Below are positions 61,934-64,000 of a stretch of DNA of 64,000 bases, piece by piece. The DNA comes from Ranitomeya imitator (lineage: Eukaryota): the NCBI RefSeq assembly GCF_032444005.1, contig NC_091287.1:31434001-31498000 (forward strand), read 5' to 3'. The position numbers and the translations under genes are program-made. The first letter of the stretch is position 1, and the number at the start of each line of letters is the position of its first letter. Under the pieces are notes generated by a model, which had not been told where the DNA came from, made no database searches, and saw only the letters and a program-made list of their open reading frames with translations.

Positions 61934-62252
61934 CTGCAAGAATCACAACAATCCCGATGAGGCTCCAGAGGGATTTACATACGATACTGATGAGCTGAGA
62001 ACGGTATGGACACGTGTTGTGGTTCTAGATTACATCACTCATTACTACTATATAATGTACTGCACAAGGCGATAAACATCCACATTTGGTGAAATTGTGA
62101 CACAATGTAATTCCACTATTAGTTTTTTTTATTTTGCTTTTATGACATTCAGTGTGCAATAAAAATGACCTGGAGACTCGATTCTTGGGGTCACTTTAAT
62201 CACAGCGATACCAATCTTGTAAACTTTTTTGTTTTATATTTTTGTCGTTTAA

Positions 62253-64000
62253 CCCCTTAGTGACAGAGCCAATTTGGTACTTAATGACCAGGCCAATTTT
62301 TGCAATTCTGACCACTGTCACTTTATGAGGTTATAACTCTGGAACGCTTCAACGGATCCCGCTGATTCTGAGATTGTTTTTTCGTGACATATTGTACTTC
62401 ATGTTAGTGGTAACATTTCTTTGATATTACTTGCGATTATTTATGAAAAAAACGGAAATATGGCGAAAATTTTTAAAATTTTGCAATTTTCAAACTTTGT
62501 ATTTTTATGCCCTTAAATCAGAGATATATGTCATGAAAAATAGTTAATAAATAACATTTCCCACATGTCTACTTTAAATCTGCACAATTCTGGAAACAAA
62601 ATTTTTTTTTGTTAGGGAGTTATAAGGGTTAAAAGTAGACCAGCAATTTCTCATTTTTACAACACCATTTTTTTTTAGGGACCACATCACATTTGAAGTC
62701 ATTTTGAGGGGTCTATATGATAGAAAATAATGAAGTGTGACACCATTCTAAAAACTACACCCCTCAAGGTTCTCAAAACCACATTCAAGAAGTTTATTAA
62801 CCCTTTACGTGCTTCACAGGAACTGAAACAATGTGGAAGGAAAAAATGAACATTTAACTTTTTTTTGCAAACATCTTAATTCAGAACCATTTTTTTTATT
62901 TTCACAAGTGTAAAAACAGAAATGTAACCATAAATTTTGTTATGCAATTTCTCCTGAATACGACAATACCCCATATGTGGGGGTAAACCACTGTTAGGGC
63001 GCACCGCAGAACTTAGAAGTGAAGGAGCGCCGTTTGACTTTTTCAATGTAGAATTGGCTGGAATTGAGATCGGACACCATGTCACATTTAGAGAGCCCCT
63101 GATGTACCTAAACAGTGGAAACTCCCCACAAGTGACACCATTTTGGAAACTAGACCCCTTAAGGAACTTATCTAGATGTGTGGTGAGCACTTTGAACCCC
63201 CAAGTGCTTCACAGAAGTTTATAACGTAGAGCCGTGAAAATAAAAAATCGCTTTTGTTTACACAAAAATGATCTTTTCGCCCACAAATTCTTATTTTCAC
63301 AAGGGTAACAGGAGAAATTAGACCACAAAAGTTGTTGTGCAATTTCTCCTGAGTACGCTGATACCCAATATGTGGGGGTAAACAACTGTTAGGGCGCACC
63401 GCAGAGCTTGGAAGAGAAGGAGTGCCGTTTTACTTTTTCAATGTAGAATTGGCTGGAATTGAGATTGGACGCCATGTCGCGTTTGGAGAGCCCCTGATGT
63501 GCCTAAACAGTGGAAACCCCCCACAAGTGACACCATTTTGGAAACTAGACCCCTTAAGGAACTTATCTAGATGTGTGGCGAGCACTTTGAACCCCCATGT
63601 GCTTCACAGAAGTTTATAACGTAGAGCCGTGAAAAAAAAAATTGCATTTTTTCTACAAAAATGATCTTTTTGCCCACAAATTTTTATTTTCACAAGAGTA
63701 ACAGGAGAAATTAGACCACTAAAGTTGTTGTGCAATTTCTCCTGAGTACGTCGATACCCAATATGTGGGGGTAAACCACTGTTTGGGCGCACCGCAGAGC
63801 TTAGAAGAGAAAGAGTGCCGTTTTACTTTTTCAATGTAGAATTGGCTGGAATTGAGATCGGACGCCATGTCGCGTTTGGAGAGCCCCTGATGTGCCGAAA
63901 CAGTAGAAATCCCCCACAAGTGACCCCATTTTGGAAACTAGACCCCCCATGGAACTTATCTAGATGTGTGGTGAGAACCTTGAATGCCCAAGTGCTTCAC
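62253..64000. mobile_element. Probable non-autonomous piggyBac-type element with about 395-bp internal tandem units, runs off the window
   Basis: Starts TTAA|CCCCTTAGTGAC; block gcaatttctcctga...tatgtgggggtaaac recurs at about 62944, 63340 and 63732. Confidence 0.55.

Overview
Vertebrate genomic DNA, most likely a frog (inferred from the repeat families and protein divergence; not provable from the window alone). Three spliced genes could be rebuilt exon by exon. PEX1 is on the - strand (exons 1-12 plus the start of exon 13, 1..33433). RBM48 is on the + strand (5 coding exons, 33994..44653, about 336 aa, head-to-head with PEX1). CLXN/EFCAB1 (calaxin) is on the - strand (coding exons 2-6, 45300..61933, tail-to-tail with RBM48; its first coding exon was not found in the window). 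Two features stand out. (1) An intact, intronless 754-aa UHRF1 (UBL-TTD-PHD-SRA-RING) is nested antisense in PEX1 intron 2, with a compact cluster of E2F/GC/CCAAT/TATA promoter motifs and a G-rich satellite just upstream. (2) Five 5'-truncated copies of a CLXN exon, each keeping its splice donor, have been amplified inside a 25-bp intronic satellite. The rest is about 12 different intronic minisatellite arrays (roughly a third of the window), one Tc1 element with an intact DD34E transposase, two decayed Tc1 elements, two related solo LTRs with 6-bp TSDs, Penelope fragments with hammerhead-like motifs, a tRNA-derived SINE, many MITEs and two assembly gaps.
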